Part shown: positions 1-9,513 of the stretch, piece after piece
Layout: each line of letters begins with the position of its first letter
How positions within the stretch are numbered: position 1 is the first letter of the stretch
Source: Bacillota bacterium
GTDB lineage: Bacteria > Bacillota > Dethiobacteria > Dethiobacterales > Dethiobacteraceae
DNA length: 64,000 nt
NCBI GenBank assembly: GCA_018725565.1
Contig: QLUR01000006.1
Coordinates: 7,902-71,901, forward strand
Reading direction: 5' to 3'
Translations under genes and position numbers: made by a program
The notes under the pieces: generated by a model
Seen by the model: the letters and a program-made list of their open reading frames with translations, nothing else
Told to the model about the DNA's origin: nothing
Database searches by the model: none

Positions 1-943
1 AGGCCATGACGGGAGCCTGCAGGTCCGTAGGAAAGCCCGGATAGGGAAGTGTCCGCAAGGTGTCGACGGCGCGCGGTCTTTCCGTGGCCTTGATGCGCAG
101 GCGTCCGTTTTCTTCCCTGATTTGTGCTCCTGTTTCCCGCAGCTTGGCCGTAACCGCCTCCAGGTGTGCCGGAACAACCCCTTCCAACAAGATATCTCCT
201 CCCGCAGCCACAGCCGCCATCATTAGCGTGCCGGTGACAATGCGGTCCGGGATAACTGCATGTTCCACGCTGTGCAACTGCTTTACGCCCTGGATTCGGA
301 TCTGGTCCGTACCCGCGCCGCGGATGCGGGCCCCCATGGCGTTCAGCATATTCTGAAGGTCGACAATTTCCGGCTCCTTGGCCGCATTATGAATCACTGT
401 CGCTCCGCTGGCATAGACGGCTGCCAGCATTATGTTTTCCGTAGCACCTACGCTTGGGTAGTCCAGGTGAATATCGGTCCCGGCCAACCGGCGGCAGGTG
501 GCATAGATAAAGCCGTGCTGCTCACGAATCTGTGCGCCGAGTGCAACAAGTCCCTTTAAATGCAAGTCTATGGGACGCGTGCCAATGGCACAGCCGCCGG
601 GATGAGAAATGCGCACCTGGCCGAGTCTGGCAAGCAGCGCTCCCATTAAAAAAACAGTGGAACGCATTTCCAGCATCAGCTGCTCAGGGATGGCGTAATT
701 AGATAGATCACGTGTATTAATTGTCAATTGACTGCCTTCCCAGCTAACCTTTGCCCCAAGACTGCGTAATATTTCTGCCATCAGCACCACGTCCCGGATT
801 CGCGGCACATTGCCAAGGACGCTCTCACCGCCGCTCTTATCAAGCAGAACGGCAGCCATGCCAGGTAAAATAGCATTTTTTGCCCCGTTGACCCGGACGG
901 TGCCGTCCAGGGAACGGCCTCCTTTGATAACCAGTTTTTCCAT
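1..943 (-). CDS. murA: UDP-N-acetylglucosamine 1-carboxyvinyltransferase, N-terminal ~314 codons (3' end beyond window)
   Basis: Hand translation of minus strand from ATG at 941-943 gives MEKLVIKGGRSLDGTVRVNGAKNAILPGMAAVLL... and the active-site loop PGGCAIGTRPIDLHLKG; GGAAGGTGGG SD just upstream; runs off the window so absent from ORF track as one ORF. Confidence 0.85.
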   Translation of the reverse strand, partial: MEKLVIKGGRSLDGTVRVNGAKNAILPGMAAVLLDKSGGESVLGNVPRIRDVVLMAEILRSLGAKVSWEGSQLTINTRDLSNYAIPEQLMLEMRSTVFLMGALLARLGQVRISHPGGCAIGTRPIDLHLKGLVALGAQIREQHGFIYATCRRLAGTDIHLDYPSVGATENIMLAAVYASGATVIHNAAKEPEIVDLQNMLNAMGARIRGAGTDQIRIQGVKQLHSVEHAVIPDRIVTGTLMMAAVAAGGDILLEGVVPAHLEAVTAKLRETGAQIREENGRLRIKATERPRAVDTLRTLPYPGFPTDLQAPVMA

Positions 944-957
944 GGTCCCACCTTCCA

Positions 958-1851
958 TTATTCACCAAGCAGTCTGATTTCCAGTTCCAGTTCAACGCCG
1001 TATTTTTCCCGTACAGCGCTGCGAGCTGTCTTGATCAGGGCAAGTATATCAGCCGAAGTAGCATTGCCACAGTTAACAATAAAGTTGGCGTGTATAGTCG
1101 AAATCATAGCGTTTCCCTCCCGCTGGCCCTTTAACCCGGCTTCTTCCAGCAGCCTGCCCGCCGCATGACCCGGCGGATTTCTAAAAACGCTGCCGGCACT
1201 CGCTTGGCGGGGCTGACGTTCCCTCCGAAGGCGAAAATTCTGCCGGCACTTTTCCCGGATCTCTTCTTTTTGACCATGCGACAGACCGAGCTTCACCCGG
1301 CAGACTATTGAACCGACGGGAAGGTCGCTCTGCCGGTAAGCAAAATGAAGCTGTTGGCGGCTTAGGACCTGCGGTAACAGGTATCGGTCAAGGACAAGCG
1401 CTTCCAGGACAATCCGGCCGATTTCCCGGCCGTGCGCCCCGGCATTCATAACCAGCGCACCGCCTAATGTTCCCGGAATACCAACAGCAAATTCCAAGTT
1501 GCAAAGTCCCCTCCTGCAAACGTCCACAGCCAAAGAGGAAAGCTGTACGCCTGCTCCGCAGTCAACCGTCGACCCGTGGTAAAAAAATGTGTTGAATTCG
1601 CCTGCAAGACGAAGAACAACGCCTGGAAAGCCTTTATCGGAGACCAGGAGATTTGTTCCGCCTCCCAGGATAACGCTGGGAACATCCTGCTCCCGGCAAA
1701 GAGAAAGTACCGCCCGTAATTCATCAATTGTCCGCGGCTCCGCAAACAGAGCGGCTGGTCCCCCTACTTTAAAAGACGTATGAGGGGCAAGCGGTTCACT
1801 CGTCCGGAAAGGGATATTCAGTGCTCTCAGCTGTCTGGCAAGCTGCTCCAT
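958..1851 (-). CDS. murB: UDP-N-acetylenolpyruvoylglucosamine reductase
   Basis: ORF 958..1887; MurB-like FAD domain (PLAPHTSFKVGGPA, GGGTNLL, C-terminal SAGSVFRNP); start moved to ATG 1849-1851 (MEQLARQL) which has a GGAGG SD. Confidence 0.9.
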   Translation of the reverse strand: MEQLARQLRALNIPFRTSEPLAPHTSFKVGGPAALFAEPRTIDELRAVLSLCREQDVPSVILGGGTNLLVSDKGFPGVVLRLAGEFNTFFYHGSTVDCGAGVQLSSLAVDVCRRGLCNLEFAVGIPGTLGGALVMNAGAHGREIGRIVLEALVLDRYLLPQVLSRQQLHFAYRQSDLPVGSIVCRVKLGLSHGQKEEIREKCRQNFRLRRERQPRQASAGSVFRNPPGHAAGRLLEEAGLKGQREGNAMISTIHANFIVNCGNATSADILALIKTARSAVREKYGVELELEIRLLGE

Positions 1852-1953
1852 AAGTACCTCCGCACCGTCCCCGTGACCGCATTTCATCTTATGCAGCTTC
1901 CGGGAGAGTGTGTTTGTATTCTGAAGAACCTTTGGCCGTCAATCCGGCTAGGA

Positions 1954-3051
1954 TCACACTACTTCATGGATAACGGCAGCGCATGCTGCTGCCGCTTCCG
2001 GGAAGCCCAGTCCCTTGCCGGCAACTGACATCCTGCGCAGTTTGTCACGGTCTCGCAGAAGTCCGGCAAGGCTCGCGGTCAGGCCGGCACTGTTCAGTTC
2101 CGCCTCGCGGATCAGCAGCGCCGCGCCATGCCCGGTCAGCACCAGCGCATTGTGTTCCTGGTGGTTGTTCGTCACGTTTGGCGAAGGAACAAGCACAGCC
2201 GGCACACCTAACGCTGTGATTTCCGCACACGTCGTAGCTCCCGCCCGGCTGACAATCAGGGCGGTCCGGGCTAACAGCTGCGGCAGCGCAGGGTGATACG
2301 GCAAAAGGTGCAGACGGTGCGGGAAACGGTTGCCTAAAGGCTCCAGCAGCTGTTTGATAGCGGCAAAATAGCGGCGGCCCGTGATGTAAACAACCTGCAC
2401 TTCACAGGCGGCAAGCAACGGTTCAAGGCATTGCGCAAATACCTCGTTTAAGCGGGCGGCGCCATGGGTGCCTCCGACCGCCAGCAGCACCGGCACTCCC
2501 GGCAGCAGCCCGGGGAGGGGAGTACCAGGTATTGCGGCGGCTTGCAGTGCTTCGCTGGCACGCGGGTTACCCGTCAGGATTGTGGAGGTGCGCGGCGGAA
2601 AGTGCCGCTCGCTGCCCGGGAAACTCAGGCAGACACGGCGGGCCATTCTTGAGAGGAGCACGTTGGTAAGGCCGGGGACGGCGTTTTGCTCGTGAATCAC
2701 AGCAGGCGTTCCGGCCAGAACAGCTGCCAGCACCACCGGCCCGGAGACATAGCCTCCCATTCCTACTACCACGTTGGGACGAAAACTCCTGACGATGCGC
2801 GCGGCCGACCATACTCCGGCTCCGGCCAGCAGCAAGGCTTTCCCTGCCTGCAGCGAGACGCGCCGTTCCAGACCGGCTGCCGGTATTTTTTCAAGCTCAA
2901 ACCCGGCAGCGGGGACAAGCTCTTTCTCCAGTCCGCGCTCCGTGCCGACAAAAAGCGTTTCCGCCCCTTCGGTCACGCAAAGGTGACGGGCCAGCGCCAA
3001 CGCCGGATAAATATGTCCGCCGGTACCCCCGGCCGCAAACAGCACCCGCAC
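1954..3051 (-). CDS. murG: undecaprenyl-PP-MurNAc-pentapeptide GlcNAc transferase
   Basis: ORF 365 aa, N-terminal MRVLFAAGGTGGHIYPALA signature, position between ftsW and murB. Confidence 0.9.
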   Translation of the reverse strand: MRVLFAAGGTGGHIYPALALARHLCVTEGAETLFVGTERGLEKELVPAAGFELEKIPAAGLERRVSLQAGKALLLAGAGVWSAARIVRSFRPNVVVGMGGYVSGPVVLAAVLAGTPAVIHEQNAVPGLTNVLLSRMARRVCLSFPGSERHFPPRTSTILTGNPRASEALQAAAIPGTPLPGLLPGVPVLLAVGGTHGAARLNEVFAQCLEPLLAACEVQVVYITGRRYFAAIKQLLEPLGNRFPHRLHLLPYHPALPQLLARTALIVSRAGATTCAEITALGVPAVLVPSPNVTNNHQEHNALVLTGHGAALLIREAELNSAGLTASLAGLLRDRDKLRRMSVAGKGLGFPEAAAACAAVIHEVV

Positions 3052-3082
3052 CTGTTCCCCTCCTTGTTGCAGTCCCTACAAA

Positions 3083-4192
3083 CTAGTCTGCCTTTATGTA
3101 CCTGGAAATATTGAGCACAACACCAATACCGCACATAGTGACAAAGAGTGAAGAGCCTCCGGCGCTGATAAGTGGCAGGTTAGTCCCGGTTACAGGAATC
3201 GAGCCTGTAACAACAGCAACATTGACCAGGGTCTGCAGGCCGATCATACTGATAAATCCTGCCGCGAGGAGCGAGCCGAACACATCCCGCGCCTGAAGCG
3301 CTACTTTGAATCCTCTCCACAGCAACAGCAAAAATAGGAAAAGAACAGCTGACGCACCGATAAAGCCCAGCTCTTCACCAATAATAGCGAAAATAAAATC
3401 GTTTTGCGGTTCAGGAATGTAAAATAATTTCTGCCGGCTGCGTCCAAGACCAGCGCCAAACAATCCGCCTGACCCAAGCGCGTAAAAGGACTGGATAACC
3501 TGGAAGCCGGTGTCGAGCGGGTCAGCCCACGGGTCACGGAAAGAAAGGAGCCGCTCCAGGCGGTAAGGAGCACTGATCATCAGGTACCCAAGCAACGGCA
3601 CACCGGCCAGCACCGCTACGGCCAGCTGTCGCAGGGGCATGCCTGCCACAAAGACAATTACGGAAGTAGTTCCGGCAATGGCTATGGCCGTTCCCAGGTT
3701 AGGCTGCCGCAGGATCAGCAGAAAAAAAACGCTTAATACGGCAAGGACCGGAAAAACTCCTTCCAGAAAATTCTGGATACGTACTTCCTTGCGGGACAGA
3801 TAGGCAGAAGCAAATAGGACCATTGCCACCTTGGTCAACTCTGCCGGTTGCATTGTCAGGCCGCCGATCCTGATCCAGCGCTGCGCCCCGCCGGCCTCAA
3901 AGCCCAGTCCCGGCACAAATACGGCCAGCAAAAGCAGCAGGTTAGCCAGCAGGAACAAGTTGGTCCAACGCCTTAGCTTCCAGTAATCGTACCGGCTGAA
4001 GAATAGCAGTCCCGCGAAGCCGATCACAGCCCAAAGCGCCTGCCGTCGCAGCTGAAAATAGATATCGCCCTGTCTTTGCCCTTCGATGATGGCACTGGCG
4101 CTGAACACCATTACCAGACCCACAAGCAGCAAGGTTACAGTGGTAAAGAGAATGACGAAGTCCGGTTCACGTTTTTTTAAATGTCCGGTCAC
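3083..4192 (-). CDS. ftsW: SEDS family peptidoglycan polymerase FtsW/SpoVE
   Basis: ORF 3083..4297, ~10 TM helices, FtsW/RodA/SpoVE motifs (GGAQRWI, NLGTA, LPLISAGGSS); start uncertain, GTG 4190-4192 preceded by GGTGGAG chosen; overlaps murD end. Confidence 0.85.
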   Translation of the reverse strand: MTGHLKKREPDFVILFTTVTLLLVGLVMVFSASAIIEGQRQGDIYFQLRRQALWAVIGFAGLLFFSRYDYWKLRRWTNLFLLANLLLLLAVFVPGLGFEAGGAQRWIRIGGLTMQPAELTKVAMVLFASAYLSRKEVRIQNFLEGVFPVLAVLSVFFLLILRQPNLGTAIAIAGTTSVIVFVAGMPLRQLAVAVLAGVPLLGYLMISAPYRLERLLSFRDPWADPLDTGFQVIQSFYALGSGGLFGAGLGRSRQKLFYIPEPQNDFIFAIIGEELGFIGASAVLFLFLLLLWRGFKVALQARDVFGSLLAAGFISMIGLQTLVNVAVVTGSIPVTGTNLPLISAGGSSLFVTMCGIGVVLNISRYIKAD

Positions 4193-5570
4193 TTTCTCCA
4201 CCTTCCAATATCTGAACTGCGTAGCGGAACTGTTCACCACGCTCCTCATAGTTGCTGAACATATCCCAGGAAGCACAGGCAGGAGAGAGCAAGACAACGT
4301 CGCCGGGTCTGGCCGCCTGGTAAGCTTTCTTTACTGCTTCCGTCATGCCGGAAGCAAAGTCGTAACAATGAAACCCGGCTGATCGCAGTGCTTCCGCCAA
4401 ACGGGCTGCAACCTGACCGATGATGACTACATAAGAAGCATATTTACTAACGGACTCTGCAAATTCCGTAAAAGAAGCACCCTTATCGTAGCCGCCGGCA
4501 ATCAGCACCTTTGGCCGCGGGAGTGCCTGGAGGGCTTTTATCGACGCATCCGGATTCGTGCCCTTGGAGTCGTTTACAAAGTCAACGCCATTAATGCTGC
4601 CTACAAACTCCAGTCGGTGCGGAACACCGCGGAAGTTACGGAGCGCTCTGCCAATCACGGCAGGTGACGTGCCGCCAAGCCAGGCAATCAGCGAAGCGGC
4701 AAGAGCATTTTCCAGGTTGTGCGGACCTGGGATGGCTATCTCCAGGATAGCGCAGACCACTGCTTCTCCCCGCTCATCCTTTAATACTACCTTTCCGTCA
4801 CGAACAAACGCGCCCTTTTCCACCTCCTGCCTGCGGCTGAAAAAATAAGTCACAGCGGGCGAGCGCCTGGCCAGCGCCAGTGTTTCCGCGTCATCGGCAT
4901 TCAGGACAACAGCATCGCTTCTTTCCTGGTTGGCAAAAATTTTTGCTTTGGCATCACGGTAGGCTGCAAACGTACCGTGACGGTCCAGGTGGTCCGGCGT
5001 GATATTCAGGATTGCCGACACCTTGGGACGGAAATGAATAACTCCCTCCAGCTGAAAACTGCTCAGTTCGGCGACCACAACGTCATCAGCGCAAACTTCA
5101 GCGGCAATTGCCGACAAAGGAAGCCCGATGTTTCCTGCAACAAATGTCCTGCGGCCGGAAAGCTTAAAACACTCACCGGTCAACGCCGTGGTTGTTGTCT
5201 TGCCGTTGGTACCGGTAATGGCAAAAATCGGCGCCTCAATATACCAGGAAGCCAGCTCCACTTCACAAATTACAGGCACGCCAAGCTCGGCTGCCCGCTG
5301 CAAAGGCGGCAGATCCGATGGAACGCCGGGATTTTTAACCACCAAATAAGTTTCAGGGGTCACGATTTCGGCTGGATGTTCTCCCAGTACGAATCTGACG
5401 CGCTCCCTGTTTTCCAGGAGGCGGAGTTCCGCCGATATCTCAGACTCCCCGCACCGGTCATTGATTATTACTTCCGCGCCGGCGGTCAGCAGCAGCCGCG
5501 CGGCCGCTGTACCGCTGCGCGCCAGTCCTATCACCACTGTCTTCTTTCCCGCCAGTTGATATTCTCGCAA
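4167..5570 (-). CDS. murD: UDP-N-acetylmuramoylalanine--D-glutamate ligase
   Basis: 467 aa, N-terminal Rossmann VIGLARSG, Mur ligase P-loop GTNGKTTTTAL, dcw position. Confidence 0.9.
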   Translation of the reverse strand: MREYQLAGKKTVVIGLARSGTAAARLLLTAGAEVIINDRCGESEISAELRLLENRERVRFVLGEHPAEIVTPETYLVVKNPGVPSDLPPLQRAAELGVPVICEVELASWYIEAPIFAITGTNGKTTTTALTGECFKLSGRRTFVAGNIGLPLSAIAAEVCADDVVVAELSSFQLEGVIHFRPKVSAILNITPDHLDRHGTFAAYRDAKAKIFANQERSDAVVLNADDAETLALARRSPAVTYFFSRRQEVEKGAFVRDGKVVLKDERGEAVVCAILEIAIPGPHNLENALAASLIAWLGGTSPAVIGRALRNFRGVPHRLEFVGSINGVDFVNDSKGTNPDASIKALQALPRPKVLIAGGYDKGASFTEFAESVSKYASYVVIIGQVAARLAEALRSAGFHCYDFASGMTEAVKKAYQAARPGDVVLLSPACASWDMFSNYEERGEQFRYAVQILEGGESDRTFKKT

Positions 5571-5582
5571 AATTAATCCTCC

Positions 5583-6536
5583 TTACAGAACACCCAGCTG
5601 CAACAGCCCAATCACGGCAAACAAAAAGCCCAACGCCCAAAAACCGGTAACGACCTGCCACTCATTCAGCCCTGACAACTCAAAATGATGGTGCAACGGA
5701 CTCATACGGAAAATCCTCTTCCCGGTTGCCCTGAAGATCAGGACTTGGATAATGACGGAAACAGTTTCCAGGACAAACACCCCTCCGATAATAACCAGGG
5801 ACAATTCCGTTTTAGTCAAAACGGCAAGTGAAGCCAATGCCGCACCAAGTGAAAATGAACCGACGTCACCCATAAAGACTCTGGCCGGGTGCAGGTTAAA
5901 AATCAGAAAAGCAAAAGTTGCCCCGAGCAAAGCCGCGCTGAACTGCACCAGTTCAACGGTCCCCTGCGCCATGGCGATCAGCAGGTAAGAAAGCAGCGCC
6001 AGAATAGCAGTCCCGGCAGCAAGACCATCAATCCCGTCAGTTAGATTTACGGCATTAGTGAAACCGAGTACAAAAAAAAGCAAGAAAGGCAGGTAAAGCA
6101 AGCCGGCCTCCACCTGGATCGCGGTAAAAGGGACCGCCAGTTCCGTGCTTTCCCCCAGACCGCGCCAGACAAAGAAAAAAACTGACGCCAGTACCGCCTG
6201 CCCCAGCAACTTACTGCGGGCTTTCAGACCAAGCGAACGCTTGCGCACTACCTTTAAGAAGTCATCGGCAAATCCGATTAAACCGCTGCCGGCTGTAAGC
6301 ATTAAGGCTAGGTAAAGTTCCGTTGTCCTGGGCGCCAGGAGCAGTGTTACAGGCAATACTGCCAGGAGGAAGATTACTCCGCCCATGGTCGGAGTTCCTG
6401 CTTTCTGCCGGTGCCGCTGCGGCCCGTCCTCCCGTATCTGTTGTCCGAAGTGAAGGCGCCGGAGCAGGCCGATTAACAGCGGAGACAGGACCAGGCTGAT
6501 GAAAAAAGCGGCAAAGGCAGTTAACAGCACCGTCAT
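5583..6536 (-). CDS. mraY: phospho-N-acetylmuramoyl-pentapeptide transferase
   Basis: 317 aa polytopic membrane protein with GTPTMGG, DDFLKV, NLTDGIDGLA motifs. Confidence 0.92.
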   Translation of the reverse strand: MTVLLTAFAAFFISLVLSPLLIGLLRRLHFGQQIREDGPQRHRQKAGTPTMGGVIFLLAVLPVTLLLAPRTTELYLALMLTAGSGLIGFADDFLKVVRKRSLGLKARSKLLGQAVLASVFFFVWRGLGESTELAVPFTAIQVEAGLLYLPFLLFFVLGFTNAVNLTDGIDGLAAGTAILALLSYLLIAMAQGTVELVQFSAALLGATFAFLIFNLHPARVFMGDVGSFSLGAALASLAVLTKTELSLVIIGGVFVLETVSVIIQVLIFRATGKRIFRMSPLHHHFELSGLNEWQVVTGFWALGFLFAVIGLLQLGVL

Positions 6537-7930
6537 GTGGCACGCTCTCCTTTTACCAGTTCCTCAAGAACCTGCTCCATGCGCATACCGCGGGAGCCCT
6601 TCAGGAGGATCCAGTCCCCTTCTCCAGCAAGGGAGCTTACCATCGCAGCCGCTTCCTGCGGTGTCCGGCAGGGAAAGATATGTGCCTCGGGCAATCCCGC
6701 CTCTTCAGCACCGGCTGCAAGTACCCTCCCCCGTTCGCCGACAACAATCAGTGCTTTCAGTCCGATTTGCGCCGCCGCCAGGCCGACACGCCTGTGACCG
6801 TCCTCCTCATAAGAACCAAGCTCCAGCATATCACCCAGCACCGCAATTTTGCCGGCCTTATCGGCCATTTCGCCAAAGGTGCGCAAAGCGGCGATCATGG
6901 AAGCCGGATTGGCATTGTAAGCATCGTTCAGCACTTTCCACCCCTGAGGCAGTTGAGTCACTTCCAGGCGCATCCCGCTCGGGCGGACATCAGACAGCCC
7001 GGAAACAATCTCCGCATCAGCAAGCCCCAGCTCACGGGCCGCCGCCACCGCTGCCATCACATTATAGACGTTATGCCTTCCGGGCAACGGTGAGGCAAAT
7101 TGCAGCCGTGCATATCCATCCTGTTCCAGGCGGATATAATATACCGCTCCCTGTCGCGTGAGTGCCGCGCAGCGGATGGTAGCCCGCGCTGAAAAGCCAA
7201 AAGTAAGGAGCCGGCAGTCCAGACGGCCGAAATATGGTACGAGCAGCGGCTCATCGCCATTTAAAATTGCTGCACCCTCAGCCGGCAGATATTTCAGCAC
7301 CTCGGCTTTAGCGCGGGCAATGTTTTCTCTGCTGCCCATACTTGCCAGGTGTGCTTCTCCTATATTAGTAACTATTGCTATGTCTGGACGGGAGAGCCTG
7401 GCCAACAGGTCTATTTCACCAAATCCCCGCATCCCCATCTCGAGTACTGCCGCCTTGTGGCTTTTCTCCAACCGGGAAAGCATCAGCGGCACTCCGAGAT
7501 GATTGTTCAGGTTGCCTTGGGTATGCAATACCGGTCCCCGCACAGATAAAGCCGCCGCGAGCAGGTCTTTCGTCGTAGTCTTGCCATTGGATCCGGTAAC
7601 AGCGATAACGGGCAGGGAAAACCTTTCACGGTGACCGGCGGCCACCTGCTGCATGGCTGTGAGCGTGTCCTCTACGCTAATGACTGTCATCCCCGGCGGC
7701 AGGGAGACTTGCGCCGCCGCAGCGACAAAACAGCCTATTGCTCCCCGGAGAGCGGCCTCTGCCAGAAAATTATGGCCGTCAGTACGAACACCTGGCAACG
7801 GGACGAAAAAGTCACCGTGAGAAACCTCCCGCGAGTCAATACAAAAGCGGACCGGCTTTTGCTCCAGGTTATCGGCCTGCATCAGCCTGCCGCCGGAAAT
7901 CTCCAGTATCTCCCTAAAGGTTAGTTCCAT
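6533..7930 (-). CDS. murF: UDP-MurNAc-tripeptide--D-Ala-D-Ala ligase
   Basis: ORF 6533..8020; Mur ligase P-loop GSNGKTTTKD; start moved to ATG 7928-7930 (MELTFREI) with GGAGGAG SD, giving ~465 aa. Confidence 0.88.
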   Translation of the reverse strand: MELTFREILEISGGRLMQADNLEQKPVRFCIDSREVSHGDFFVPLPGVRTDGHNFLAEAALRGAIGCFVAAAAQVSLPPGMTVISVEDTLTAMQQVAAGHRERFSLPVIAVTGSNGKTTTKDLLAAALSVRGPVLHTQGNLNNHLGVPLMLSRLEKSHKAAVLEMGMRGFGEIDLLARLSRPDIAIVTNIGEAHLASMGSRENIARAKAEVLKYLPAEGAAILNGDEPLLVPYFGRLDCRLLTFGFSARATIRCAALTRQGAVYYIRLEQDGYARLQFASPLPGRHNVYNVMAAVAAARELGLADAEIVSGLSDVRPSGMRLEVTQLPQGWKVLNDAYNANPASMIAALRTFGEMADKAGKIAVLGDMLELGSYEEDGHRRVGLAAAQIGLKALIVVGERGRVLAAGAEEAGLPEAHIFPCRTPQEAAAMVSSLAGEGDWILLKGSRGMRMEQVLEELVKGERAT

Positions 7931-9425
7931 CGCGGTTAAGTCTCCTCCGGATGACCTCCCTGGCAACCTCACGGTCATCAAACGGTACGCTGTAGCCGGC
8001 AAAAATCTGGCTTGTCTCATGACCTTTCCCGGCTATCAAAACCACATCACCGCGCCCGGCAAGTTCAACAGCCCGGGTTATCGCTGCCGTCCTGTCAGGC
8101 AGCACTTCAGGACCTGGCCTGAGCTTGCTGCGCGCAATTCCCGGCAGAATCTCCGCAATGATCCGCAAGGGGTCCTCACCACGCGGGTTGTCAGAAGTGA
8201 CCATACAATAATCGCTCCAATTGCCGGCCACCTCGCCCATCAGCGGTCGCTTGCCGCGGTCGCGTTCTCCGCCGCAGCCGAAGACGGTAATCACCCGGGC
8301 GGGGGCAAATTCATGTATAGCGCGCAGCACGTTTTCCAGACCGTCAGGTGTATGGGCATAATCAACTATCACAGTAAAGTCCTGGCCGGCGCTAATAAGC
8401 TCAAAACGGCCAGGAATCCCGGTCACTGCCTCCAGGGCTGCCTTGATTTCAAGAGGCTTAAGGCCGTGCAGCAGGCCGACGCAGGAGGCGGCCAGGGCAT
8501 TATAGACGGAAAACAGGCCGGTCATCCTGAGACTGACCGGCAATGTCTCAGCTGCAGTGCAGAGCAGGAACGAGACACCTTCCTGTGTTACCTGCACCTC
8601 CCGGGCACGGACATGACAGTGGTCAGAGAGACCGTACAGCAGCGGTTCCACGGGAGTTTGCTCCATAATCCTGCGCCAGTGCAGGTCATCACCATTCAGC
8701 ACTGCCCTGCGCAGCTGCTTTCCTTTGCGGGGCATGGAGCCAAGTGAAGTAAACAGCCTGGTTTTGGCTGACAGGTAATTTTCGAAAGTTCCGTGAAAGT
8801 CAAGATGGTCTTCTGTAACGTTGGTCAATACCACGGTATCAAAGTCACACCCTACTGTCCGCTGCAGTGCCAGGGCATGTGAAGAGACCTCCATAGTAAC
8901 ATGCGTTACGCCTGAGTCGAGCATCTTACGGAACAACTGCTGCAGGTCGCTGGCCTCGGGCGTAGTGGCCAGCGAAGCGGTTTCTTCTTCCCCTATCCGG
9001 TAACGGACCGTTCCTACCAGCCCGGTTACCTCCCCCGCAGCTTTAAACAGTGCGTCAATCAAATGAGTGGTGGTCGTCTTTCCGTTGGTGCCTGTCACCC
9101 CGACAAGCACCAAATCTTTCGACGGGTAATCATAAAACTCGGCCGCAAGCTTAGCCAGAGCCAGCCTCGTGTCAGGCACCCTGACAGTTGTCGCCCCGGG
9201 ATAAGATTCACTCCCGTCGGTCACAACAGCAGCGGCACCGGCCTCCACCGCAACCCCGGCATAGTTTGCCCCGTGGGAGCGTGTTCCGGGCAGGCAAACG
9301 AAAATACTGCCCGGCCGGACGCGCCCGGTATGATAGGCAATGCCGCTTATCGGCCGGTCAAGCGGGCCCTTTATTTCTTTGTGCAGTAAAACATCAACCA
9401 GTTCCGCAAGTATTTTCATCCGCAA
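7914..9425 (-). CDS. murE: UDP-MurNAc-L-Ala-D-Glu--2,6-diaminopimelate ligase
   Basis: 503 aa, GTNGKTTTTHL P-loop, DNPR motif (TSDNPRGEDP) typical of MurE. Confidence 0.9.
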   Translation of the reverse strand: MRMKILAELVDVLLHKEIKGPLDRPISGIAYHTGRVRPGSIFVCLPGTRSHGANYAGVAVEAGAAAVVTDGSESYPGATTVRVPDTRLALAKLAAEFYDYPSKDLVLVGVTGTNGKTTTTHLIDALFKAAGEVTGLVGTVRYRIGEEETASLATTPEASDLQQLFRKMLDSGVTHVTMEVSSHALALQRTVGCDFDTVVLTNVTEDHLDFHGTFENYLSAKTRLFTSLGSMPRKGKQLRRAVLNGDDLHWRRIMEQTPVEPLLYGLSDHCHVRAREVQVTQEGVSFLLCTAAETLPVSLRMTGLFSVYNALAASCVGLLHGLKPLEIKAALEAVTGIPGRFELISAGQDFTVIVDYAHTPDGLENVLRAIHEFAPARVITVFGCGGERDRGKRPLMGEVAGNWSDYCMVTSDNPRGEDPLRIIAEILPGIARSKLRPGPEVLPDRTAAITRAVELAGRGDVVLIAGKGHETSQIFAGYSVPFDDREVAREVIRRRLNRDGTNL

Positions 9426-9513
9426 AGTATGCCCCCGTTAACGGTTACTTATGCAGTCAGAGTAACTACCCTTACAGATATAACTATTCTTAAACCGCCA
9501 TCTGCGTTGTTGC